From the human T2T-CHM13v2.0 reference genome, Homo sapiens, in the NCBI RefSeq assembly GCF_009914755.1, contig NC_060927.1: 64,000 nt of DNA; one strand, given 5' to 3'. Every line of letters starts with the position of its first letter. The first letter of the stretch is position 1. Below the pieces are notes generated by a model. That model saw only the letters and a program-made list of their open reading frames with translations. It had not been told where the DNA came from and did not search any database. A program made the position numbers and the translations under genes. Positions 27,074 to 38,924 of the stretch are shown piece by piece.

Positions 27074-28565
27074 ATGAAAGAACCCAAACTTATGGGTTTT
27101 ATTTTTTTATCTTGCCTCTACTCATTTACAGCAGTAAATCTGCAAGCTTCAGAAGTTAAGAACTTTGTCCATTGTATTCACCAATGTTTCATTGCACATG
27201 GTATCTGTTTAATAAAATTTATTTTGTGAAAGGCACTCTCTTAGGCTTTAAGAAATTCACTTACTTGTTTGTTTTAAATTTCAACCTCTAAGGTATAAAT
27301 CTATAACCATAACATTGCTTATTGTTCTTTTGCCTAATCTCTAAAAAAAGTTTAATAATTGAATAGAATTCAATTAAGCGTTCTCCTAAAACTAAATCTG
27401 AGCATGTTTACAAATGTCCATGACCTTCCTCTGATCCATCTTTTCCAAATTTATATATTACATGAAGTCCTTAACACTCCTAGGCTCACAACTATGAGTC
27501 ATCTTTGGTTTCTTTGTCTCCTTCATCCCTTGTACCACACTGAACACAAAGTTCTGCCAAGTCTTCCTCTAATACATTATGCAACAAGTCTATTGTCTGT
27601 TCCTGACCTACAAAATACTGCAAGAGGCACTGATACAAAAATGGCCTCTAATCCCTGAAGGCTTACCACCTCTTAAGGAGAATGTTGTCAACAAATGACA
27701 AAATATGCTATAAAATAAAGAGATTTCCATACAAACATGCATGTACCGTGTGCTCACACAGAATAAACTTTTCTGTTGTAGAAGGTCAAAGGAGAATATG
27801 CCTATTTTCAATGATACAAAAATATGTTGTGGAGAAAGACACTAGCAAATGTAGGTAGAGATGAAGATGTAATAAGATGTAAAATAATTGTGAAATCGTG
27901 TGTGCCCACAAGTTGGGCAGTGTAGACTGAAGTTACTGAGCAATAGGGAGATAAGATAGTGATGCATTTCAATCAATAATATGTAAGATTAATCCAAAAA
28001 TCCATCAATGTTTGAAATACACATAGGAGAGAAAATAAAGTCAGAGATTAAATTCTGCTCAGAAAGGTTCATGTAATATGTAAGTAAACTAAGGTGCTTA
28101 TAATAAGAATAAATATAAAATAAATATAAGAGATATTACAGAAGTTCATCCTGTCATGTTAGAAACTATCAGGATTTGGAAAGAAAACCAATGATTTGGT
28201 GATTTACAAAGCACTTGTGTCATACCTCATTTTGATTCTCACGAAAGCTTTATTAGATGCAATGACATAGATTCATTGGATTAGAGAGTACACTGAGCCT
28301 AAGAGAAGGAAATAGTTTACTTAGGTTCATAGTAGATAATCTAGTGGCAAAGTAGGAACTCTGACCCATATGTGATTTTTAATGTAGCTCCCTTTTTTAA
28401 AAAAGCATCAAAAAATGATTCTTGGAATTTTTTAGTTTTAAGCTTTTCCATTTCCAAAACCCAAGAAGTAAAGAAGGAGTTTTGGCTGAGTGGCTCGTCA
28501 TAAATAAATGTATTATCTTCAATTTTCCTCTTATTTAATTCATGTAAGAACATATGAATAGTGCC

Positions 28566-29148
28566 TGTTGTTATGATATTTCTCAACTTCAAACCCACCC
28601 TTCTATACTCTATTTTGAAATGCTGAGGCTGGGACTGCAAACTTGTGCTTTGGCAGCCTTTCCATTAGAGCTGGTCAACAAAAGTTGCTACAAAGAGGCT
28701 GCATACTTGGAAGAAGACAGGACTTGCTTTTGTGTTTTCCTGAGGGCTCTTTGTGACCTTGTGGTTCTCATGATCAGGACCTCAAGAAAGCTTTGTCCTC
28801 ATAATAGTTAGCAGTTGTTCCTGTAGCAGCAGCATCCCTTCCTCAGAGGTATGAGTCCCAGAACCCATGAGGCCAGACCTCTGAGCTCAGAGACAACAGC
28901 AGCACAGAAGCGGAACTCCCTCCTGAGCAGTGTGACTTAAAGATCTACAGCACCCTTCCTCCCTTGCTCCTTTTGTTTTCTCAGCTATAAGGATGGCAGC
29001 AGCTTCTACAGTTTCCACCTCTCCTACACCTTAGAATTATTCTTTATTTGTTGGCAACTTTATACCTACTTAAAATTATTTATATGAAATCTCCTTTGTC
29101 AAATTACTACTGTGTTTTCTGTCTCCTGTTTGGACCCTGACTAATACA
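28566..29148 (+). mobile_element. LTR41-type ERVL solo LTR
   Basis: 'tttctcaacttcaaacccacccttctatactctattttgaaatgctgaggctgggact' ... 'ttctgtctcctgtttggaccctgactaataca'. Confidence 0.8.
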
Positions 29149-29372
29149 TCAAGTTTTCTAGGACTCCCATAGTAATCAAATTCTACAGAGGACTTCTATT
29201 GCCTCATGCTAACATCTCCAAATAATAAATATGTACCAACCCATTTAACCCATCCCTAACAATTTTTGCTCTTGCTTTACATATAATTCTTCTTATCCTC
29301 TAAGGAAATATATCCCCTGGTTTCTAAATACATTGTCCCAGAATGCCTTCATTATGCTTCCTTGCTTAAACT

Positions 29373-29628
29373 ATTTTCTTTTCCTTTCTTTCTTCCTTCT
29401 CTTTCTTTTTCTTTCTTTCTTTCGTTCCTTCCTTTCTTTCTTTCTTTTTTCTTTCTTTTTCTTTCTGTCTTATCTCTTTCTTTCTTTTTCTGTCTTATCT
29501 CTCTTTCTTTCTTTCTTTCCTTTCTTTCTCTTTTTCTCTTCCTTTCTCCCTTTCTTTCTCCCTTTCTCTCTTTCTTTCTTTCTCTTTCTTACTACATCTT
29601 TCTTTCTCCCTACCTTTATCTATCTATA
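29373..29628. repeat. About 250-bp CT-rich polypyrimidine low-complexity tract
   Basis: Degenerate (CTTT)n/(CT)n; produces the spurious F/L/S ORFs. Confidence 0.95.
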
Positions 29629-29789
29629 GTTTACCACTTAGAGCACCTCTAGATTAGATTCATAATTTCTGCCCATTCTAATTATTGCTATTGATATAAA
29701 TCATATATAAATAAAAATATATATGTTGTATAAATGTTAATGATTTATATAACAAAACAATACAATATAGGTAATAGTATTCTACTTTT

Positions 29790-30050
29790 AAAAGAGTAGC
29801 AATAATTTCATCACAATGTTATCTAAAAGAGTCTCAAATTGAAAACAACCTAAATGTCTAACATTAGGAAAGCATTGAAGTAATATTGTATATATGTTTA
29901 AGTGAAATATTATACATATAATAAAAATATTACCTACAAAGAATTTAAGTGACGTTGAAAATTGATTATGACTTATGTGAACAAATAAAGATATAATATA
30001 TAACCATGACATGATCTTAACTATGTAAAAATATATAAAATAAAAACTAC
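29790..30050 (+). mobile_element. L1ME 3' fragment
   Basis: 'aaattgaaaacaacctaaatgtctaacattaggaa'. Confidence 0.6.
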
Positions 30051-30349
30051 ACAAAAAAGGAAAAAGTTGTTAAATAAAGAAGGAATCTGAGGATTAGTGA
30101 AATTGTGTCTCTTATGATTTTCCTCATAGGTCATTATATTTTTTTCACTTTCTCCCACTAGCTTCCACAGTCCTCAGAAAGGGAAATGTTGGTCTATAAT
30201 ACACAAGATGTATTCAAAGTATCTCACGTGGTCCTCTGGATGAGGTCGTGCCAAACACATGTTTTCAGAGTCATTACTCTAATCATGATTTGCCTACTTT
30301 GCATGTAATTTTCCAGGTGAACTTCTCATCTATATAGGGTACTAAAGAA

Positions 30350-30560
30350 CAAAAAATTTGGAACCAGGAGGCCTAGACTTTAGTTCTGAGTGTCACACTT
30401 TCTAATAAGGTATCTTTAGGCAGATCAATTCTCTGATCCTTATTTTCTCATCTGTAAAGATATATTTTTCAAGACCTCACAAGATTGTTGTGAAAATTAA
30501 TGAGAGATTACTGTTGTTGGTAAATATTATATAAACTGGAAAACTTATACAAAATAAAGT
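30350..30560 (+). mobile_element. MIR SINE
   Basis: 'ctctgatccttattttctcatctgtaaa...cctcacaagattgttgtgaaaattaatgaga'. Confidence 0.65.
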
Positions 30561-30574
30561 ATTTTTTCATCATA

Positions 30575-30919
30575 TTTATTATTATTACTATTATTAAAGT
30601 AGAGTCTGCCTCTGTTGCCCCAGCTGGAGTGCAGTGGTGTAAACTCAGCCCTCTGCAACTTCTGCCTCCTGAGCTCAATCAACCCTCCCACCTCCACCTC
30701 CTGAGGTCAAGCTATCTTCCCACCTCAGTCTCTTGAGTAGTTGGGACTACAGGCATGCACCACCAGGCCAGAGTAGTTTTTGTAAATTTTTTTTTTCTTT
30801 TTCAGAGACAGGGTTTCTTCATGTTGCTCAGGCTGTTGTGAACTCCTGGACTCAAGCGATCCACCCGACTTCACCTCCCAAGGTGCTGGGATTATAGGCA
30901 TGAATCACCATCCCCAGCC
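30575..30919 (-). mobile_element. AluJ with an internal duplication of about 30 bp
   Basis: J-type 'ctcctggactcaagcgatcc'; 'cctcctgag...tcccacctc' occurs twice (30665-30726). Confidence 0.88.
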
Positions 30920-31085
30920 ATACTTTGGCCAAAACTCAAGGTTTTATCAATCCTCAAGCCTCTAAATTTTGATAAAATACTTCCTTTTGGTAAATATTCA
31001 TCATAATACTTCATATTCAGTATAAATAAATGGAACTTTTCTACAAGGAGCAGATGCAATTTCAAGCACACCCTCCCCAAGCCCC

Positions 31086-31140
31086 ATCTCTCTGTCTCTC
31101 TGTCTGTGTCTGTCTCTGTCTCTCTCTCTCCCTCCCTCCC
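31086..31140. repeat. (TC/TG) microsatellite
   Basis: tctctctgtctctctgtctgtgtc...ccctccctccc. Confidence 0.85.
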
Positions 31141-32882
31141 TTGCTGAAGAATTTGGGTGCAACACCTAAACCTACAAGCTGACACTGTTAAACACAAACA
31201 AAGCATTTACTTTAGAGTAAGAGCTGTGTCTTACAAGTATACTTCCCAATGAGGCAGGTTCCAGAAGGTCTATATTGTTAATATCTTAACTGATCATTGT
31301 CAGCATACATCACTTAAATAGCCTCCTTATTCTAACCTTTCCCTGTTTGGAATTTTGAATTTTAAGAAGACCATATCTTACAAAGCAGTTTTCATAAACA
31401 TAGTCAATGTGAGGGGAATACTTGGCTGCTTTAGTTTTCAATCCTTATTTTCTTATAGGCGTTACATTATTTGGAGAAAATGTTTCCAATTTAATAATAA
31501 AATATGATAATTAGACTTCATCAATATCCAATTATTTTTATAATACCTACTTAACATTTAGATTGTTCCCATAATTTTAACAGTATGAAAATCTATTAAT
31601 AGATTATCTCCTGAGCTCTTCATAAAGAAATACATTTATTAAGGCTGGGATGGTAAGAAAGTGAAGAATGAATTTTTATTTTTCTATGTTAGTGACAGAC
31701 CCACAAAAACTTAAGGCTGTGAGAGTTTTTACTGGTTATTCTTCTGTTTCAAACTTCTCACCAATATTGAAATGACTTCCACTGCATCTCAAACTAGGCT
31801 ATGTCTTGCTTCTTGAATATTCCCTAGGAGGGAGTACACATGTACAATGTACACAAAGTAGTCTATTCTTTGATGGATGGATCTAATTACTTCATTCAAA
31901 TATTGAGCATTCTCTTTTACAAAGCTAGGTAGTGGGACAGATTATGAGTCAAAGTTCATGATATCAAGACATTTGCTGCCAGTGAAGTGTCAAAGGATCA
32001 TTTGGTACTTATTTCTATTACAGTCCTAACCACCCTCTACTATATGTATGATACTGTGCCTTTCCTCTGGATAGAGCATAATTTCACCACAGTAGAGCCC
32101 ATGTTTTATTAATTTTCATACCCAGCAGTAAATAAATGTTACTTAATGAATAATAAATGAATATGAGGCCCAATAATGGCACAATTTTATATATATATAA
32201 TTCTTTATATTGAAGTGAAATAAATCATGCTGTAAACTGCATGTCCCTAGAATAGTTTTATCTTCTGATATTGCCCAACATAAGCATTTTTCATCTTTCT
32301 AAGGACAGCCTAGTGATCATAGATAGCTTTTAATATACTCCCTTCTTTAAACCACTCACTCCCTGTCCTTTTATATGTTTTCTATACATGATGATGATTG
32401 GCTAATTCTTTATCATACTGGTTATCCTTCTCTAGTCACACTTTTGTGTGTCAACATCATGAATTATCAAGGAATAAAGTAGAAACGTGTGAGAGTATTA
32501 AAACATTTCTCTTTATACAAAAAGAATGCTTTCTTGTCAAACTTAATTATGTCTTTTTATCTGGGAAAGTAGCCTGAAAATGGGAAATAAAAAGAAATAT
32601 CAATTGTAGGGGAACAGATGAGTTGGAGGACCTAGGTCTTTTCCCCGGCTTTGACAAAGATTATTTATCCTCCACACTTTTGACTTGTGTGCTTACACAG
32701 TCTACACAGCCTGTAAATGTAGTTCCATGCCTTTCCCTTCATTTAGTCAGTAGGAGGGTACTTAGAATTGTTGAGTTTCTATGAATGTGGTTTCAGATTC
32801 TTGGCTTCAGATTCCATTAGTGTATAAAAACATGCTTAATTCTCATAATATTTGGTTTCTCAAGGTCAGAAGAGTTTTGTGG

Positions 32883-33246
32883 TGTTTTCATCTGCTTTCT
32901 ATTGCTATGACAGAGTAACTGAGTCTGAGTAGTGTATAAAGAAAAGAAATTTATTTGTATCATAGTTCCAAAGACTGAGAAGTCCCAGGGCATGGCAGCA
33001 GGTTCTGGAAAGGGCTTTTGTACTGGCATAACATGACAGAGGGCATCACTTGGCAAGAGGGCAAGGACATGCCAGCTTACGTCCCTCTTCCTCTTCTTAT
33101 AAAGCTACAAGTCCCATCATGGGGGCCCCACCCTGATGATCTAATCTAATCCAAATTGCCTCCCAAAGCCTCATCTCCAATCAACACATGAATTAAGGAA
33201 TAGTTTCTAACACGTTAAATTTAGGGGACATATTCAAACCAGAGCA
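32883..33246 (-). mobile_element. MSTC-type MaLR solo LTR
   Basis: 'ctcttcctcttcttataaagctacaagtcccatcatgggggccccaccctgatga...gggacatattcaaaccagagca'. Confidence 0.85.
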
Positions 33247-35130
33247 AGTAAGATTTCAGTGTGAGACTTCAATGAAACAAAGGCATCGTTGTTTACAAAT
33301 ATATTCTAAGCAAAGACTTGTAGCACCATAAAGGTGCAGCCATTGAACCTAATATTATAAATCAAATAAGCAAAGATCATTTCATTCTCCCATCCCATAG
33401 CCCCACTTTCTTCAATACTGAGCCTTCCTTCCTTTCAGTCTATTATCTCTGTCCTGCAACATAAAGTCTCTTCCATCTTCACTCAAAGATAATGGTTTTT
33501 TCCTTTGCATATTGCCTCTCTGTATTGATTGGCAAATACCAAAAAAAAACAAAAACAAAACAAAAAAAACCCTCACAACTTTTTTTCTTATATTTTGCAA
33601 TAGAATAGGAAAAATTAATTTGTTATTTTTTTATGTTGGTAGAAAAAATGATTATGCAAGTAGCCAATCAATATTAACACTGTGGGAAAAGATTGGTGGT
33701 TGTGGAGTTTTTGTTGTTGTTGTCTTACTATGAAATCCACAATTTCTTACTCTCTCCCTGTTGCAGAGGAGAAACTGGAAAAACAGATGAACACATGATA
33801 TTGTCATTTTCATTGCAGCATTATGAACTAAAGAGTAATTATATTTATAATATTTATTTATGAATGTATAAAAATTCTGTTTTATAAATGTTTCATTTAT
33901 TCTTCCTACATATTTCTTCCTTAGATGCCACAGTCAATAATAATTTCAAAAAAGGTCAACTTTACTTAGGGAACCACAGGTGTTTGATATTTACAGAGGT
34001 GGAAATGTGGTTTAATAGATTATTGCCTACCCTGTTGAAAAATAAGTGTGGCTTGCTGGGAAATGGAAAATGGAAATAGGAAATGTGATAAATAAATTTG
34101 TAATAAGATTCCAAATAAGGAAAATTATTATTAATTCAAAATCAAACGAAATTTTTAAATTGAGACATTTAAATGCAAAAAGGACCAGTACAGAGAATCC
34201 CATTGTTTGCATAAAGTTCCCCACAAAAACAAATATTAAGAAATAAAATTCAAACTCATATGCACACTTCCTCCTGAGAATTAATCAGTAGATGTGACAG
34301 AAGATCTGAGCTGCTTAATCTGATTTTCCATCATAGATTTTTTATTATTAAAAATTAGGTTAATGTTCATAAATTTATTTTTTTAAACTTATTGATAAAA
34401 GCTATATTAATAGTTGTTTGTGTCACAAAGGTTCAGGAAAGAATTATTCCCTGCTGATATCCAGCTTTAATTGAGACAAGGAAACCTAACTGTCATCCCC
34501 CATAGCTAGTCCTAGTCAAAAATATGAGATTTATTGCCTACTCTCTGCTTTCTTCATAATATATCCTTTCACTTCTCTCTACCTACCAATAGTTAAATAG
34601 CTACAGAATGTTAAAGAATCAAAGTGCTGGTAGGTTAATCTATATTGATCTTACCTCCTCCATTCACTAAATAAGAAATTTAAGGCAAATCTTTTTCTAC
34701 CTCAATTACCTTATCTATTACCTCCCTTGTACAGTTGAATAAATATGGGAAATATAAATAATTATGGGAATGGATAAATTTATGCATATAAATCACTTAA
34801 GCTCTAAGTATTAATATTTTAAACTTATTATTGTGATATTTTCTCTGGACTCTATCAGAATGAAAGCAGTTGATAATCTCCTGTTAATTACTTGGCATTT
34901 TAGCCTCCTCTGTCACTCTCCCTAAGAGTTTATTCTTCAGACCACCATCAGATTAATATTCCCTCAAGACAGTTGTATTTATATCATTACTTTTGTGGCT
35001 ACCCACTATCTACTAATTAAAATTAATTGAAAATAAAGGTGACATCAGAAACATTTTATGTTGATTCCACCTAATAATGTTTTATTTGATGGTAGTCAGT
35101 GACAGTATTTGGTAAAGAGACACTCTATCT

Positions 35131-37915
35131 CTGCACGCCAATATCTGGTTTTCCCAATGCCATACTGAAAAAACCATCTTTTTGTCCATTCTGTGCTCTT
35201 GGCAACTTTGTGGAAGATAAGTTGATTGTAGATGTGTGGATTTATTTCTTGGTTCTCTTTTCTGTTCCATTGGTCTACACATCTTTTTTAATGCCAGTGC
35301 CATACTGTTTTGATTACAATAGCTCTTTAGTATATCTTAAAATTAATAAATGTGAGGCCTCAAGCTTTGTTCTTTCTGTTCAAGATTGTTTTGGTTACTT
35401 AGAATTTGTGGTTCTATGAGATTGTTTTTTTAATATATATTTCTATAAAGAATGCCGTTGGGATTTTGATAGAAATTTCATTGATTCTGTAAATCAATTA
35501 GGGTAGTATGAATATTTTAATAATATCAATCTTTCCAATCCATAAACACAGAATGTCTTTCCATTTTTGTCTAGCTATTCCATTATAGAAGACACAATCA
35601 ATGTTTTATCATTTTCAGTACATAAATTTCATCTCTTTCCCTGTTTATTCCTAAATATTTTATCATTTTGCTGCTATTGTGAGTAGGATTATTGTCGTAA
35701 TTTCCTCCTAGATACTTTATTGTTTTTATATAGAAACATGACTGATTTTGATATTTTGATTTTGTGTCCTGCAACTTTAGTGAATTCATTCTTTAGTTCT
35801 GTTTGTTGTTGTTGTTGTTGTTTTTGTTGTTGTTGAGTCTATAAGGTTTTCTAAGTATATGAGCATGTCATTTGCAAGCCGATAGTTTTACTTCTTTCTT
35901 CCTTTCATTCCTTTTCCTTTACTTGGATACCTTTTATTTCATTTATTTGTCTTATTGCTCTGTGTGGGACATCCAGTACTATATTGGATGGAAGTGGCAA
36001 AAGGGAGTATCTTTGCCTTCTACCAGGACATAGAGGAAAATATTTACATTTTCCCCTATATATTATGATGTTAGCTGTGGGATTTTAGTATATGGACTTT
36101 ATTGTGTTGAGGAAAAGTTCCTTTTATGCCTATTTTGTTAAGAGTTCCATATAAATGAATGTTTTGAATAAAATGAGTTTTGAGAAATGTTTTTCTGCAT
36201 CTATTGAGATAATCATGTGTTTTGTTTTCTTTCATCCTGTTAATGTGGTTGATTGATTTGCATATGTTGAGGCATCTTTGCATATAAGAGATAAATCTCA
36301 GTCATTTTATGTAATGCTTTTTTTTATGTAATGCTTTTAATGTGCTGTTGAATTTGCTATCTTATAAATTAGGCCATTATCCCACACTGTATTAAAAAAT
36401 CAACTAAAAATAGGCTAGAGACTTAAACACTAGACCTGAATCCACAAAACTAGGGAAAAAGTTAAATAAACCTAGGGGAAACTAGATAAACATAGGGAAA
36501 AAGTTTCTTGACATTGGGTTGGGCAATGATTTTTTTTGGATATGACAAAAAAAAACACAGGCAACGAAAGCAAAAACAGACAAAAAGGATTGCTTCTAAC
36601 TAAGAGGATTCTTCACAGACAAAGGAAACAGTCAGTACAGTGAAAAAAGCAACCTACAGAATGAAAGAAAATATTGACAAACATAGAAAAGGTGTTAATA
36701 TCCAAAATATATAAGGAACGTATGCACCTCAATAGCAAAAACAAAATAAAACAACAAAAAACAACCTGATTAAAAAATGGATAAAGGGCCTGAACAGACA
36801 CTTCTTAAAGAAGACATATAAATGGCCAATAAATGTATGAAAAAGTATTCAACATCACTAATCATCAAGGAAATACAAATTAAAACCACAATGAGCTATC
36901 ACTTCACATCTGTTAGAATAGCTATTATCAAAATGATAAGTGTAGGTGAGAATGTTGAGAAAAGGAAATCCTTGTACACTGATGATGGAAATGTAAATTG
37001 ATATAGCCATTATGAAAAACAATAAAGAGGTTTCTAAAAAAATAAAAATTAAAAAAACTACTAGTAGGCATGGTGGCTCATGCCTGTAATCTCAACATTT
37101 TGAGAGGCTGAGGCAGGAAGATTGCTTGAGCCCAGGAATTTGAGGTTACAGTGAGCTATGATCATACTACTGCACTCCAGCCTGGATGACAGACCAACAT
37201 GCTGTCTCTTAAAAAAAAATAATAACTACTTTATAATCCAGCAATCTCACTTCTGAATATAAACCCAAAGGAAATTAAATCATTATCTCAAAGAGATATC
37301 TGCACTCCTGTGTTCATTTCAGCATTATTCACAATAGCAATATATTCCTAATTGTTCATTAACAGATGAATGGATAAAGAAAATGTGATTATATACACAC
37401 ACATACATAAACAATGGAATACTATTCAACTTTAAAATTAAAGGAAATTGTGCCATTTGTGACAACATGTATAAACCTAGAAGACATTACAAAAAGTGAA
37501 ATAAGCCACTCTAAAATAGACTTACAGAGGTCTATTATTATAGAGGTCTAGACCCCTAGAGTCTAGGGGGAGGGGAAAATGGAGGTACATTGATCAAAAG
37601 ATACAAATTGTTAGTTATGCAGGATGAATAGTTTCTGGAGATCTAATGTACAGTAATGTGCCTACAGTTAACAATACTGTATTGTGTACTTGGAATTTCC
37701 TAAGAAGGTTGATCTTAAGTATTCTTATCACAAAAAGATTTTTTAGAAAAAGAAAGAAAGAAAATGGTAACTGTGTGAGGTGATAGATATGTTACTTAGC
37801 TTGATTTGGTCTTTATATCAGAATATATATGTATCTAAAAATATCAGTTGGACACCTTAAATATGTACAATTTTAATTTTTCAGTTGTACCTCAATAAAG
37901 CCAGAGAGGTAATAG
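35131..37915 (+). mobile_element. L1MA9-like element with 5' inversion (antisense 35131-36361, sense 36362-37915)
   Basis: Antisense ORF2 block followed by a sense block that continues the consensus where the inverted block ends; L1MA 3'UTR with AATAAA at 37894; decayed TSD 13/17. Confidence 0.88.
37063..37220 (+). mobile_element. Monomeric Alu (FRAM, or left/right recombinant AluJ)
   Basis: Left-arm-type start 'tggctcatgcctgtaatc' with right-arm end 'gtgagctatgatcatactactgcactccagcc'; 'aactact' at both flanks. Confidence 0.85.
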
Positions 37916-37954
37916 AAAGAGAGGATATATCTATAAGAGATATCTGATGAGAGT

Positions 37955-38037
37955 TGGGACTATATCTGTCTTTTCACGGATAAGACCTGGCAAAACGAGG
38001 CATCCACATATTTCTTGAATGAATGAAGGAATGAATG
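37955..38037 (+). mobile_element. L2 3' terminus
   Basis: 'cctggcaaaacgaggcatccacatatttcttgaatgaatgaaggaatgaatg'. Confidence 0.6.
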
Positions 38038-38107
38038 TGAAGCTTGAGATTAATGCTAAACTCTCTTCATAGACATTCATTGAGAATTGCAGTTACAGGT
38101 TTAGTAA

Positions 38108-38470
38108 GTGGGTATCTGTTGTTTTACAGTGTCAGCACCCATTCCTCTTTCTTTTGATAAAAGGACCTCAATATTCATTTAGGAAACTACCTGTGCAATA
38201 TTGAGTGTGATCTTGGTGGTGACATCAACAAATGCACCCCCTCATAGTCTGGGGAGAAGACCACCTGACAAAGCTGGATCAATCAGCGGTTTTAAAGAAC
38301 TACTTTGTTTTTCTTTTCTTTTTTTTTTTTTTTTTTGAGTATTGGTGACTCATTTTCTTTTGTTTGATTCTTTAAAAGCTGCCTACCATATTACCAATAC
38401 ATTATTCTTTTAGTCTAAGTTAGGTCCGGTAGGTTTCTCTTTCTTACAGTCAAACAATCCATCTGATATA
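38108..38470 (+). mobile_element. LTR33-type ERVL LTR
   Basis: 'cagcacccattcctctttcttttgataa...' and 3' 'tctaagttagg...tttctctttcttacagtcaaacaatccatctgatata'. Confidence 0.6.
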
Positions 38471-38776
38471 GCTATCATTTATAACTAACATTTAACTGAC
38501 TTAGCTAGGAAAGTAGTCATATAGATACAACATACATTAACTATTAGAATATCAGTACCACACTAGTAAGATGGCACTACTGATAGAAAATGATAAGGTC
38601 ACAATTATTGTTTAAAAAAAACCTCTTCTGGTTCAACTCAATTTAAATAACATCTGTATTCAACTCTAGAAATATAAGAAGGATGAAATCACTGAAGACT
38701 GACTGAACTGTACAGCTCCCTGGCAGACATAACAGATGTCTGTCACTGAACCTATTGCAATCTCTCTCATTTCTAG

Positions 38777-38924
38777 CCAAGAGAATTCTCGTCTGTTGAT
38801 TCACAAACCATGAATCTGTCTGAAAATTAATGAATCAGCTTCTGGCAATAGAGCCTCCTCCCTCTGCAGTTACCTTGACAAATCCTTCCATACAGATCCC
38901 CCAAACACAATTCTGCAAACTGAA
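38777..38924 (+). other. Candidate 148-nt plus-strand exon
   Basis: tctctctcatttctag|ccaaga...aactgaa|gtgagt; next strong acceptor ttctaatttttcttaattttttttcag at 39164. Confidence 0.2.

Noticed and set aside
28660-28695. CTCF site normally carried by LTR41
   Set aside because: The motif is degraded here (ggtcaacaaaagttgctac)
29333-29652. F/L/S-rich 'membrane protein' ORFs, and K/E/R-rich ORFs at 4993-5178 and 57688-58083
   Set aside because: Read-through of CT/GA simple repeats
33767-33800. Strong + acceptor followed by EKLEKQMNT*
   Set aside because: Too short, with no upstream coding exons to support a terminal coding exon
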